Counted from the stretch's first letter, positions 1 through 11,085 are shown. The stretch is DNA of 64,000 nt from an uncultured bacterium (GCA_963749495.1 CAVVMW010000014.1:128001-192000); one strand, 5' to 3'. Program-made: numbers and translations. The notes: generated from the letters alone by a model not told the origin.

Positions 1-115
1 GAAGACAATATCCTTCGACCGCCGTCGCGAATCCTATCGCACGAAGAGTTTTGTCCTGCGCCCCATCAATTCCCTGCTTGCCAACCGACGGCCGGCACCT
101 AAAGTTCGGAGCACA

Positions 116-2551
116 ATGAAAAGCCAGAAGTTAGCACCCAGGTTGGTCCTGTTTGCCTCGATGATCTGCTGTTCTCTGCCATGCGCGGCGCTCGATCTGA
201 AGGAGGCGGTAGTGGTCTGCGCGCCGGGGCTGTCAGGTCCAGCCCGGCAGGCAGTGGTGATGCTTGTCGAGGAGGTGGAGAGGCGCACCGGCATCCGCTG
301 GCCGCAGGCGACGAACTGGCCCTCGGCGGGAGTGCCGGCGGTGTGCGTGGGTTTGAAGTCGGAGATGCAATGGTTGGGCGGGGTCGATTGGGAGGGGTTG
401 CAGCGGTCGGCTGGGCCCGAGGGCGCCGAAGGCTATCGGCTGTGCGTCCGCCCAGGGGGAACGCGCGCTGCGGTCTTGGTGCTTGGCAACGACCCGCGAG
501 GCGTGTTGTTCGGCGTGGGCAGGCTGCTGCGCGAATTGAGGATGGAACGCGGGCAGATCGCGGCGGGTGACGGCCTGGACATCGCCACCGTGCCCAAATA
601 CCCGCTGCGAGGCCACCAACTCGGCTACCGGCCCAAGTGCAATTCCTACGATGCCTGGGACTTGCCGGTCTGGGAACAATACCTGCGCGACCTGGCGGTC
701 TTCGGCTGCAACGCGATCGAGTTGATACCACCGCGCTCGGATGACGCTGCCGACAGCCCGCACTTTCCCCGGCCGCCCGCCGAGATGATGGCCGGCATGT
801 CCCGGTTGGCAGATGCCTATGGATTGGACGTTTGGGTCTGGTATCCTGCGATGGACAAGGACTATTCGGAGCCACAGACCGTCGAGTCGGCGTTGCGCGA
901 GTGGGGCGCCGTCTTCGAGCGGCTGCCGCGCCTGGATGCGGTCTTCGTCCCCGGCGGCGACCCGGGCCACACGCGGCCCAAGCACCTGATGGCCTTGCTG
1001 GAGCAACAGACCCGGAACCTGCACCGCTACCATCCCAAGGCCCGAATGTGGGTCTCGCCGCAGAGCTTCAACCAGGAGTGGCTGGATGAGTTCGTGGACA
1101 TTCTCCAACGCGAGCAGCCTGCCTGGTTGAGCGGCGTGGTCTTCGGACCCCAGGTCCGCATCAGCCTGCCCAGGCTGCGGCAACTGGTCCCGGCCCAGTA
1201 CCCCATCCGTCATTACCCGGACATCACCCACTCGCGCCAGTGCCAATATCCTGTGCCGGATTGGGACCTGGCCTACGCGGTGACTGAAGCGCGGGAGTGC
1301 ATCAATCCGCGGCCGGAAGGCGAGGCTGCCATCTTCCGCAAGACCCAGCCCCAGACCATTGGCTTCCTGACCTACTCGGAGGGGTGCAACGACAACCTCA
1401 ACAAGGCCGTCTGGAGCGCCCTGGGCTGGGACCCGGAGGCTAATGTGCTGGACATCCTCCGGCAGTTCAGCCGCTATTTCATCGGCCAGCGATACACGGA
1501 CGATTTCGCGCAGGCGCTCCTGGCCCTGGAGCGAAACTGGCAGGGTCCCCTGCTGGCCAACCGGGGCGTCGAGGACACTTTGGCCCAGCTCCAGGCCCTG
1601 GAGAACGCGGCCTCGCCGGCGGACCTGAAAAACTGGCGCTTTCAGCAGGCCCTCTTTCGCGGTTACTATGATGCCTATATTCGGCAGCGGCTGATTTACG
1701 AAACGGACCTGGAGGCGCAAGCGATGGCCTGCCTGCGCACCGCCCCGGCCGTCGGGGCCGCCAGGGCCATGTCCGCAGCCCAAACGGCGCTGGACCTGGC
1801 TCTGAGCCGCCCGGTGAACGCGGACTGGCGTCTGCGCATCCACCAGTTGGCAGAGGCCCTCTTTCAGAGCATCGGGATGCAGTTGAGCGTCCAGCGATAC
1901 CAGGCCATCGCCGTGGACCGCGGGGCCAGCCTCGATACATTGGATTTCCCGCTCAACAACCGGCCCTGGCTCGAACATCGGTTCGCCCAAATCCGCAAAC
2001 TGCCCGCCGAACCGGACCGGCTCAGGGCTCTGGACGAGATCCTTCAATGGACTAACCCTGGCCCGGGCGGATTTTACGACAACCTGGGCAACGCCGCCTC
2101 CCAACCCCATCTGCTGCGCGGCGCTTGTTTCGCCCAGGACCCGGGTTGCTACGAGTCCAGCCGCGTCGATTTCGAAGAGGACCTTGTCCTCGACGACCCC
2201 CTGGACGATGCGGGTGTGCCGCGCCGCCTCTCGTGGATGGACCATGCGGAGACGCTCTACGATGCGCCGTTGCGCATGGCCTACTCGGGCCTCGACCCGG
2301 AGGCCCGCTACAAGGTCCGCGTGCTTTACGGCGGCGACAATCCGCGGCGGAAGATCCGGCTCGTGGCCAACGACTCGATCCAGGTGCACCCCTACCTCAC
2401 CCGGCCGCGCCCGTTCAAACCGCTTGAATTCCCCCTGCCCCATGCCGCCACGCGCACGGGCAGGCTCACGTTGAGCTGGTCGGCCGAACCCGGCCTGGGC
2501 GGCAACGGCCGCGGATGCCAGGTCTCGGAGGTGTGGGTGATGAAGGAATGA
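116..2551 (+). CDS. Secreted glycoside hydrolase-like protein (GH20/GH67-type N-terminal domain plus TIM-barrel-like region)
   Basis: 811-aa ORF with signal peptide; 'EGYRL...VLGNDPRGVLFGVGRLLR...P...RG' motif typical of hexosaminidase/glucuronidase N-terminal domains. Confidence 0.6.
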   Translation: MKSQKLAPRLVLFASMICCSLPCAALDLKEAVVVCAPGLSGPARQAVVMLVEEVERRTGIRWPQATNWPSAGVPAVCVGLKSEMQWLGGVDWEGLQRSAGPEGAEGYRLCVRPGGTRAAVLVLGNDPRGVLFGVGRLLRELRMERGQIAAGDGLDIATVPKYPLRGHQLGYRPKCNSYDAWDLPVWEQYLRDLAVFGCNAIELIPPRSDDAADSPHFPRPPAEMMAGMSRLADAYGLDVWVWYPAMDKDYSEPQTVESALREWGAVFERLPRLDAVFVPGGDPGHTRPKHLMALLEQQTRNLHRYHPKARMWVSPQSFNQEWLDEFVDILQREQPAWLSGVVFGPQVRISLPRLRQLVPAQYPIRHYPDITHSRQCQYPVPDWDLAYAVTEARECINPRPEGEAAIFRKTQPQTIGFLTYSEGCNDNLNKAVWSALGWDPEANVLDILRQFSRYFIGQRYTDDFAQALLALERNWQGPLLANRGVEDTLAQLQALENAASPADLKNWRFQQALFRGYYDAYIRQRLIYETDLEAQAMACLRTAPAVGAARAMSAAQTALDLALSRPVNADWRLRIHQLAEALFQSIGMQLSVQRYQAIAVDRGASLDTLDFPLNNRPWLEHRFAQIRKLPAEPDRLRALDEILQWTNPGPGGFYDNLGNAASQPHLLRGACFAQDPGCYESSRVDFEEDLVLDDPLDDAGVPRRLSWMDHAETLYDAPLRMAYSGLDPEARYKVRVLYGGDNPRRKIRLVANDSIQVHPYLTRPRPFKPLEFPLPHAATRTGRLTLSWSAEPGLGGNGRGCQVSEVWVMKE

Positions 2552-2668
2552 CCAATGACGAATGACCAATGACGAATGACCAATGACGAATGACGAATGG
2601 CGGATAACAACAACCGATGACGAACCGCCGATTCGTCATTCGTCATTCGTCATTCGTCATTCGTCATT
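2548..2668. repeat. Inverted pair of (AATGACG/C)n and (CGTCATT)n heptamer arrays
   Basis: About 7 AATGACS units, a short spacer, then about 5 complementary units; same family at 15273-15370, 33283-33308, 37451-37478 and 47023-47053. Confidence 0.9.
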
Positions 2669-2723
2669 CGGTTCGTCATTCTCTTCGTCTTGCCAGCCCT
2701 CCTGCTCCATCCTATGCTCGGGC

Positions 2724-3547
2724 ATGGTTCTGGAATTCACCAAGATGAACGGCGCCGGCAACGACTTCATCTTGATCGATGGCCGCGCGCAGACGCTCAA
2801 GCTGGGGCGCGAGGCGGTGGTCCGGCTCTGTGATCGGCACCGTGGCATCGGAGCCGACGGGCTGGTGGTGCTGAGGCCCTGCGCCTCGGGCAGGGCGGAT
2901 TGGGCATGGGAATTCTACAACAGCGACGGCAGCACCGGTGAGATGTGCGGCAACGCAGCACGGTGTTTCGCGCGGTTTGTCCGACGGCAGACCGGCAGCG
3001 GGCGCGATGTCACGTTCGAGACGGAGGCGGGCGTCATTGCCGCCACATTCCAGGGCGAGCGGGTGACGGTCAACCTCACCCCGCCGGAGGGGCTGCGCCT
3101 GGACCAGCAAGTGCCGCTCTCGGCAGGCGCGCAGATTATTCATTCGCTGAATACAGGCGTCCCCCATGCCGTGCTCTTCGTGCCCGACGCCGACAAGGCC
3201 ATGGTCGGGCAACTCGGGCCGGAAATCCGCCGTCACCCGCATTTCGGGCCGCGCGGCACCAACGTCAACTTCGTCCAGGTCCTGGCCCCGGCCGCATTCG
3301 CGTCCGGACCTTCGAACGCGGGGTCGAAGGCGAGACGCTCGCCTGCGGCACAGGCGTAGCTGCCTCCGCTCTCATCTCCGCCCGCGTTCATCATTTCGGT
3401 TCGCCGGTCAAGGTCCGCGTCCAGGGCGGCGACGAACTCGATGTCATTTTCAAAGAGACCGACGGTTGCTTCGCCGATGTTCACCTCGCCGGCCCGGCCG
3501 AGTTTGTGTTCGACGGGAAAATCGACAAGCCGGCGGGAGGCACTTAA
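2724..3547 (+). CDS. dapF: Diaminopimelate epimerase (apparent frameshift near 3290)
   Basis: FTKMNGAGNDF, GIGADG, EMCGNAARC, NTGVPH and NVNF in one frame; RTFERGVEGETLACGTG in the next frame. Confidence 0.93.
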
Positions 3548-3658
3548 TCCGCGAACGCAGAGACACAAAAAGAGCAGCAATCATTGCTGTCTGTCTTCTC
3601 TGTGGGGCAATAGCCAAATTTGCTCGCAGGCTGCGAAGATTTCTCAGAGAAAGAATGA

Positions 3659-3735
3659 ACCGCCGAATACGCGGAATACGCGGAATTCACAAGCGGGCCG
3701 GTTCTCTTTCCGCGTATTCCGCGTATTCCGCGGTT
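3659..3735. repeat. (CGCGGAATA)n ... (TATTCCGCG)n inverted nonamer repeat
   Basis: Read directly; same motif at about 22761-22816. Confidence 0.8.
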
Positions 3736-3927
3736 ATCGCTTCTTCGGCGCCGGCTTCGCCGCGCTGTGTTCCTTGCGTCCCTGTGTTTTGATTACGCAA
3801 CCGAACCGGTTTAGTGCCCCTCTGCGGCTCGAACATCCGTTCCGCCACGGTTCGGTTCGCCGCGCTGTGTGTTCCGGTTGCGGCTGCTCCTCGCTACGTG
3901 TTTCGTGGTCCTCAACAAAGCAGCCAG

Positions 3928-4006
3928 GCGCCGTCATAGCCATACCGGGTCACGAGGGTCGTCCCGTTGAAAATGTTGGTTTGCGCGATGATGCCTTTGG
4001 TTGAAT
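3928..4006 (-). pseudogene. Rhs core fragment (copy of 7521-7599)
   Basis: 71/79 nt identical to the rhs segment encoding STNGLIAYTNIFNGTTLVTRYGYDAA. Confidence 0.85.
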
Positions 4007-4025
4007 GATTGTGAGTTCCGGGACC

Positions 4026-4379
4026 TTTCAACGTTGTCAATACTACGTTCCGACCCCTTTTCATGCGGGCCTCCTGGAATCAGAAAGCGGCAACATGCGA
4101 AAATGCGGGACTGACTCCGTTTCCTTTCCGGACTCACATTGTAACAAAGTATAGATCTGACCCCGATTTTACCCCGATTTTGTAGATTGTTTCAACGTTG
4201 TCAATACTACGTTCCGACCCCTTTTCATGCGGGCCTCCTGGAATCAGAAAGCGGCAACATGCGAAAATGCGGGACTGACTCCGTTTCCTTTCCGGACTCA
4301 CATTGTAACAAAGTATAGATCTGACCCCGATTTTGTACCGATTTTGTACCTGACCCCGATTTTGTACCGATTTTGTAGA
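4026..4379. repeat. Tandem duplication, 164-bp period
   Basis: tttcaacgttgtcaatactacg...gatctgaccccgatttt starts at 4026 and at 4190. Confidence 0.9.
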
Positions 4380-4380
4380 C

Positions 4381-4497
4381 CCGCTTGCGATAGTGAGAGC
4401 CGTTCGTCACGGTGTCGTTGGCAAGGAGGCCGCCGTCGGTCAGAAGCAGCCCGTTAGTGTGGTAAGCATACGTCGTGGTGCCGACGGCGTCAACCGT
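4381..4497 (-). pseudogene. Rhs core fragment (paralog of about 7070-7185)
   Basis: VDAVGTTTYAYHTNGLLLTDGGLLANDTVTNGSHYRKRV vs VDAAGTNTYSYTTGGLPWTEGGVFASDTVTNGYTNRKRV in the rhs gene. Confidence 0.8.
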
Positions 4498-4656
4498 GCG
4501 CGCCGACGAGCCGAACGCACGGCCCCGAAGACCTGCCGCCCGCCAAATGTCCAATGCTGAGACGCGGCCCATCGTCTCACTCCGCATTCCGGGACCCCTT
4601 CACCTCCACATGCTGCGGAGAGGACAAATTGTGGAAAGAACTTGTTCTGACCCTCG

Positions 4657-5143
4657 CTACGGCAGTGCGAGCCGCCAGTCGAGACCAATCTCTTTGCAAA
4701 CGAACCGCAGGCAATCAAGGTTCCAATGCATCACCCGCGAGGGATCCGCGAGCGCTGGCGCAATCTCAAAGCCAACGCGGCGCTCGAACTCGTCAACGGC
4801 AACGCGCGCCGCGCGTAGATGAGCGCCGATGCTCGCGCAGAGTTCCAGGGTCGAAACTCCGTTTTCCTGCTCCGGAGCGTCGTCAAATAATAGCCTCGTA
4901 CGTAATCCGAGCTCTGAGGCAAGCCTGGAAAGCTCGGCGAGAGAGGCCACCATGTTCAACTCCCCTTCCTGCTCCTCCCAGTCATCGTACCTGCGGAAGC
5001 GACACTCCAATTGAAGCCGCAACCTCTTGCTGAGATTTTCCGACTGACTCACGTGCCCGCTTGAGCCGGGCACCATAGGGAAGCCCGTCGCGGTCAAGCG
5101 TCGCAATACAGGAGTCTGGGTTGTTTTGCCTCTCGTTGGTCAT
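4657..5143 (-). CDS. XRE-type HTH protein in the Rhs immunity position (frameshift near 4990)
   Basis: ATG at 5143 reads MTNERQ...YGARLKRARESVGKSQQEVAASIGVSLPQ; the adjacent frame continues YDDWEEQEGELNMVASLAELSRLASELGL...DWRLALP. Confidence 0.65.
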
Positions 5144-5359
5144 GGAACAAGGAGGGGGTCAAAGGGCACTGGGTGGATTATGACGGGAACCGCCAGGACA
5201 GGGCCTCCACCAATTGGGGCAATCGGGCTGGTGATACGGCATGCTGCTCTGACTTTCCGCCCAGCTCGCGCACCCGCTTGAGGCGAGCAGTGTTTGTCAC
5301 TGCACCCTTGTCCGCCTTCGCGGTGCATGGGCACAGCGGTTGTTCTATTCTGCGGCTGT

Positions 5360-8300
5360 TCAAGGGACGAAAATCGGATCCAGGAGCACCGGGTCAAGGA
5401 CCGGAAACTCGACCGGATACGTGGGAAGCCCGGGGACACCTGGGGTCATGAGGATCGGGCTCGCGGTCGGCAGCGTCGTCGGCCCCGTGGTCGGCTTAGG
5501 ACGAGGGGGCTGCGGCCATGGATTAGTTGGGGATTGCTTCCCGTATGGGGGCCGCTTTTGCCCCGGCCGCGGCTTAAGGCACTTGTCGGGGTAACGGCCA
5601 CCCTGGTTGTCGTCATAATGCGGCCAGTGTGCCGGGTCCTCAGGGTGAGGGTAATACTTTATTCCTGTCTTAGGGTCCTGCGTGTACGGGCCACGAGCAT
5701 CGACACCAGTTGGCCAAGTGGGATTCCATCCCGGTGGCTTCTGGGTTGGGTTAGGCAAGAAAGGGTTTGGGTTCGGGAACCCAGGCCCTGGACCGGCCCC
5801 AGTCACCGAACCGGGGGGCGCATTGAAATCAGACCAACCCCATGGATCGACAGCATTAGCAGCCCCATTGGCAACGTAACAGTAAAGGTTAATGCCTCCA
5901 TTCTCCATGGACGGGTCCCTATTTAACCACCTCTGCAAGCTGGGGTCATAAAACCGGCAGAGGTAGTAATACATGCCGCTGTTCACGTGGATCTCCTTGC
6001 TGGAGAAGCGATAGACGTTGGCGGGCAGAAGGCCGCCGCTGGACGAAAGCGTGTTGCCGAACGGGTCGTACACGTAGCTGGCCGCCAGGCCCTGGCTGCT
6101 GTTCACCAGGTAGGTGATGTTCCCGTTGCCGTCGCAATGGTAGCAGTTGTGCGTGCTCCAGTTGCCCCCGGAGTAGCCCTGCGAGCGGGCCAAGAGCCCG
6201 CCAATGCCGCCGGCGCCCTCCAGGCTCTGGCTCAGATCGTTTCCCCGCGTGTAGCTGATCTGCGGCACGTTGTTGGAGTCCCGCTCCTGGATCACGCGCA
6301 GGCCGTCGTAAAGGTAATGAACCTCAGCCACCACCGGCCCGATCGCGAGCGGCGCCGCGCCCGGGCCTGACGGTGCCGATCCCCCGGTCCCTTGGTACTC
6401 GCGCCGAATCCGCAGCCGCCCCAAACCGTCATATACGAATTGGGTTTCCCACGCGGCGATGGGGTTTTGCACGTCCACCAGCCGGTTTTCGTCATCATAG
6501 GCGCAGGTCAGGACATCCCCGAACTGATCCATCGGCCCGTTGGTCAGGTTGCCGTTGGCGTCATAAGTGCATGCGCCGTGGGGCCAATTAGTCAATTCGT
6601 TCTTGACGTTAACTTGGAATTGCCCGGCCGAGCCGCCATTGGTCAGCCAGTTGAGGTTCCAGGCGCGGTCATAAACGTAGTCCAGGTTCTCGGTGGACTG
6701 GCCGCCGGTCCCCACTGCGCTCTTCAACTGGGCGATGTTGTCGTAGCCGTAGTTCACCGTGCTGCCGTCAATACGAGTCATCGCGGTGCGCCAGCCCGCC
6801 TGGTTGTAGCTGTAGCTGGCCCAATCCAGAAGGGTCCCACCGCTGGTGCGGAGGGCCGTCACCGACAACCGGGCCATGCTGTCGTAGGCGTTGGTGATAT
6901 TTGCCGTGTTGGGCAGTGAGGTCCGGAACGGCAGCGCTGAGGCCGATGCGGCCAAGTAGCCATAGCCGAAGCTGCCCGCCTGCGAGGTGACGTTGGTCAG
7001 GCGCCCGCCCCCGTCATAGGCAAACCGGTTGGTCCAGGCCCCGGCCGGCTGCTGCAGGGCCAGGCCCACCCGCTTTCGGTTCGTGTAGCCGTTGGTCACG
7101 GTGTCGCTGGCGAACACGCCGCCCTCGGTCCAGGGCAGCCCGCCAGTGGTGTAACTATATGTGTTCGTGCCCGCCGCGTCCACCATTTTCTGGAGCCGGT
7201 TCAGGGCGTCGTACTGGAAGCTCACCGATGGGCTGGCGGGGTACTTGATGTACGTGAGGTTGCCCAGAGCATCGTTCGTGTAATACGTGGTGCCCTTGGC
7301 GGCGCTCCAGCGGGAGGCCAGGCGGCTGTCGGCGTCGTAAGTGTAGCTGAGGACTTGCGCGCTGGCCTGGTCGAGTTTGTTGGTCACCCGGCCATAAGCG
7401 TCATAGTGCCAGACCGTGCTCTGGCCCTTGCCATCGATCAGGTTGGTCAGGCTGCCTGAGGGATCGTACTGGAACTGGATGCCCTCGCTGTTGGCGTTTG
7501 TCTCCCAGGTCTTGCGCCCGGCGGCGTCGTAGCCGTACCGGGTCACGAGGGTCGTCCCGTTGAAAATGTTGGTGTACGCGATGAGGCCGTTGGTCGAATA
7601 GGTGAAGTTCTCCACCCAGCCGTTTGGATGGCTCAACTCCGTCAAGCGGCCCAGGGCGTCGTAGCTGTTCGTGACGGAGACGCCATTGGCGTCGATGGTC
7701 CATGAGGAGCGGTCCTCGGCGTCGTACTCGGTCACCAGCATCGTGTCGTTGACGTTTGTCGTGGCGGAGCGCAGGCCCTGGACGCAGTAAAGAAACCCGA
7801 AGGTGGTCCAGCCGTCGCCCGATTGGGCCACCTGGCTCAGGGAGTTGTACACGTTGGTAAGCGTTGTCGCGTCGGGCAGGTAGGTGTGAAGACGATTGCC
7901 CTGGAGATCGTAGTCGTAGCTGGTCCACGTCTGGGCGGCGGAACCCCAGGCGTTGGTAACGGCGTGGAGCGATCCGCAGTCACAGTAGTTGTAAAGGGTG
8001 ATCTGGTTCAACGCGTTGGTCTCAGCCACCTTCTGGCGAATGGAGTTGTAGCCGTAGTGTTTCCAGTTGCCGAGGCGATCCTTCGTCGCCGCCAAGTCCA
8101 GGTTGGTATAGGTGTTCGAGATGTAAGTGCCATCGGGATAGGTGACGGAGGTGAGGCGCTGGAGGTTGTCCCAGGTGTTGGTGGTCGCGAGGCCGCGCTC
8201 GTCGGTGTGGGAATAGACCAGGCCGCTGGTGTACGTGTAGGAGTTGGTCCGGTTGATCTGGAGGTCGATCGTCGTCGCGAGCAGGCCGGAATCGGAGCCG

Positions 8301-10122
8301 CTGGTGAGGTAAATGTTGGTCGTGGTCAGGCCGCTGGGCAGGCTAAGGCTGGTGACGCGCCGGTCCGAATTATAGGCATAATGCGTCGCCTGGTCTAAGG
8401 CGTCGTAGCTGATGTCCGGCTGGTGGAACGAATTGCTGACGTAATTGCTGACGACCTGCTCGCCCAGGGGGCCGATCTGCTGGAGGAGGTCCAGGTTGTT
8501 GGCGGCGTAGCTGTAGGCGTTTGTGCGGAGATCGACAGTGGTGTTGTATTGCTGACTGTAGGTTTCGACCAGTTGGTCCAGCAGGCCGTGGCTGTTCCAG
8601 GTATAGTTGCGAAAATAGGTGGTGCCCCCAACCGGCAGGACCCAGGCCACGAACGCGGGCATGGCGCTGGCGCCGGTATCATTGTCGGCTCCCGAGGGCT
8701 TGCCGTAATAATCGTACCAGGTGATTTGGCCGACGGTTTGACCGTCATGGAGGGGGCTGGGCGCCCGGTCCAGTGAGAGCGTGTCGGAAGGGTTGCCCGA
8801 ACCGGAGTCGATGAGCCAATGCTCAAGGCGGCCTATCAGGTAGTCGGAGGTTACGAGGTTTGTGGGGTTGCTGGTCGAGAGCGACTCGTATTGCAACGGA
8901 TCCCAATGGAAGCTGTTGCGATAGTACTGGTCAACATTGTCAAAGGTGTTGACAAACCAGGGGGAAGTGCTTGGGACGCTGGCGTAGGTGGCCGACATGA
9001 AGCTGGTGCAGTCCTGGCGGTAGAGGAAGAGGTGGTGGCCGCCGGTAGGCAGCGAAACCAGCGTCCAGCGATTAACCGGGACCCCGGCTGTGTAAAAGGT
9101 GTTCGACTTGACTTCATAGCCACCGTAGGCAAAGACGGTGCTGCCGTATTTGGTGGTCAGGTTCGTAACCCAGCCGGGATTGGCGGCGTCATACGCGAGG
9201 CCGCTCGGCAGCCCGGCAACGTCGGTGATGTTGGTGAGGTAACCGTTGCCGTCGTACTGCAGCAGGTGGGTCCTGGAATAGGGGTCGACCACCTTGGTGA
9301 TGTGGTTGGTAAACGACGCGTTTTCGTAGTAGAGCACGTTGGTCTTGCCGTCCGGGTCCACCACGTTCAGGAGCCGGATCGAGACCGAGTTGGCCGCGTA
9401 ATTGAAGGTGTTGGTGTGGCCGGCCGCATCCGAGCTGACCGTCCGGAAGAGCAGGCGCTGGCCTGCGCTGTTGGTGAAGGCGTGGCCGAAACTGTCCACC
9501 GAACCGTCGGTGTACTCGATTTTGTAGGTGGCGCCGCTGTCGGGCGTCGTCAGCAACGAGCCGTCGCTGTACTGGGCCGTGCCGACCGAATATGTGATCC
9601 AGCCCGCGCCGCCGCGGTGCAGCCAGGCCGTGCCTGTCGGGCTGCCGGCGGTCAGGTCCAGCAGGTAGGCGCGGAACGAACAGCACCAGTTGTTGCCGAC
9701 CCCGAAGATGGCGGGGTCGTTGGTCTGGGCCCCTCGCTGGCGGTAGGAAAGCTGGAAGGAAACGCGGGCTCCGCGCGCCGGTTGGTAGCCTAGCGGCTCG
9801 TCCTCCAGCCGGAGGTTGATATACGGTTCGGAGACCCACCAGACCGGCATTCCCTGCGCGCCGCAACTCGTGCAGCGGGGGTTGGAGCCGCTGCCCGGCG
9901 CAACGCCCACCAGGCTGCCGCCGCGAGGCACCAACGCAGCGCCGCTGGGCCCCACGGCCGATGGGGAGGTTCCGTCGTCGGCGGCGGGGCAAGTTACCAA
10001 CGGCCAGTCGTGGTAGTCAGGGGGGCCGTTGTGATGATAAGGGGGCCACTGGCCGCGCCAGCCAGGAGCGCGGCTGCAAGGAGGGGGAGGAAAATTAGTA
10101 GTTTCAGAGAAGACGGCTTCAC
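5360..10122 (-). CDS. Rhs/YD-repeat polymorphic toxin with Sec signal peptide and Pro-rich C-terminal toxin domain (frameshift near 10050)
   Basis: YD repeats; Rhs core YRFSSKE...YYYLCRFYDPSLQRWLNRDP...NLYCYV...DPWG; GTG at 10122 gives MKPSSLKLLIFLPLLAAALLAGAA, which joins the long frame at QWPPYHH. Confidence 0.9.
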
Positions 10123-10279
10123 GATATAGTTCTTTCTTTCTGCTGGACGGCGGCCTGCAAAGCCCGCCCTCGCTAACGATTCGCCCGCAGGCCCGGGAGC
10201 CTCTGCCGCGCTGCGGCGGCCGCTTCCGCCCTGCGGCGGCTCTTTTTCTACCGCGGGTTTGCGGTGGAGGTTGACGGCG

Positions 10280-10361
10280 ATGAGTTATGAATTCCGGCCA
10301 TTTGCTATGAATTTCGGCCATGAGTTACGAATAACGGCCATAAGTTAGGCAAATCGGCCAT
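10280..10361 (-). promoter_or_regulatory. Four phased 20-bp direct repeats (ATGGCCG-N7-TAAC-like) upstream of rhs; putative operator array
   Basis: CGGCCAT recurs on the + strand ending at 10301, 10321, 10341 and 10361. Confidence 0.6.
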
Positions 10362-10445
10362 CGCGAGTGCTTCGCGTGGCGCAGGGCCTTCGGGAGTGTA
10401 TTGGAAAAAAAGTGACGGGACCGGAACAGCCCCTTGGAGCCGGGG

Positions 10446-10784
10446 CTAGCCTGCCGGCATGAGCCGAGAGGAGCGCGCGGGGGCGAATTTGGAGGGGTTG
10501 CGGCCTGCGGCGGCCTGAAACCAAGCGCTGAAGTTGGCGGCGTGCTTGAAACCGAGCTCGGCAGCGACCGCCTTGACGGGCCGGCCAGCGAGCAGCAGGC
10601 GCTGCGCTTCCTGGAATCTGGCCGCGTGGAGGGCGCTCCTGGGAGACTGCCCCCGCTCGCTGTGGAAAAGGCGCCGGAATTGCCGCGGCGAAACGCGACA
10701 GAGCCGCGCATAGGCGCGCACGCTGTAACGCGCCTTCTTGGCGAGGTCACGCCATTCACCATCGAGACCAGAGGAAGCTTCCAT
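10446..10784 (-). CDS. Stand-alone AraC-family HTH protein
   Basis: VSPRQFRRLFHSERGQSP...RFQEAQRLL...VKAVAAELGFKHAANFSAWF...GRNPSKF. Confidence 0.85.
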   Translation of the reverse strand: MEASSGLDGEWRDLAKKARYSVRAYARLCRVSPRQFRRLFHSERGQSPRSALHAARFQEAQRLLLAGRPVKAVAAELGFKHAANFSAWFQAAAGRNPSKFAPARSSRLMPAG

Positions 10785-10952
10785 AATAACCCGGCGGCCG
10801 TTGCTGTCTGCGCCAGATGCAGCCGCCGCCGCACCCCGCGCAGGGCGAGCGCACCGACCGCCACCCACCCATGTTCCTGAATACAACATAGCACGCGCGT
10901 CAAGCGGACCCGGCGGGCCATCGACCAGCCCGTCGTCGACGATGCCAACGCA

Positions 10953-11085
10953 TGGGGCGGGCTTTCAGCCCTTTGGCACTTTTGCGGTCATGACCTGGGC
11001 CGTTGGCCCAGGCTGGTATGGGCCGCGCCGTTGGCGCTGGAGGCGTTGGGTCGGATCAGTTCCTCGGCCGTTGGCCTGGGCCAGT
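10953..11085. repeat. REP/MITE-like palindromic cluster
   Basis: gggctttcagccc, cctgggccgttggcccagg and gcgccgttggcgc hairpins; a piece recurs inverted at 22887-22905. Confidence 0.6.

Noticed and set aside
3928..7599. Near-identical rhs segment pair as a DGR template/variable repeat
   Set aside because: The 8 mismatches are not adenine-specific on either strand, and there is no reverse transcriptase in the window.
10280..10361. 20-bp periodic repeats as a mini-CRISPR
   Set aside because: No spacers, period too short and no cas genes.
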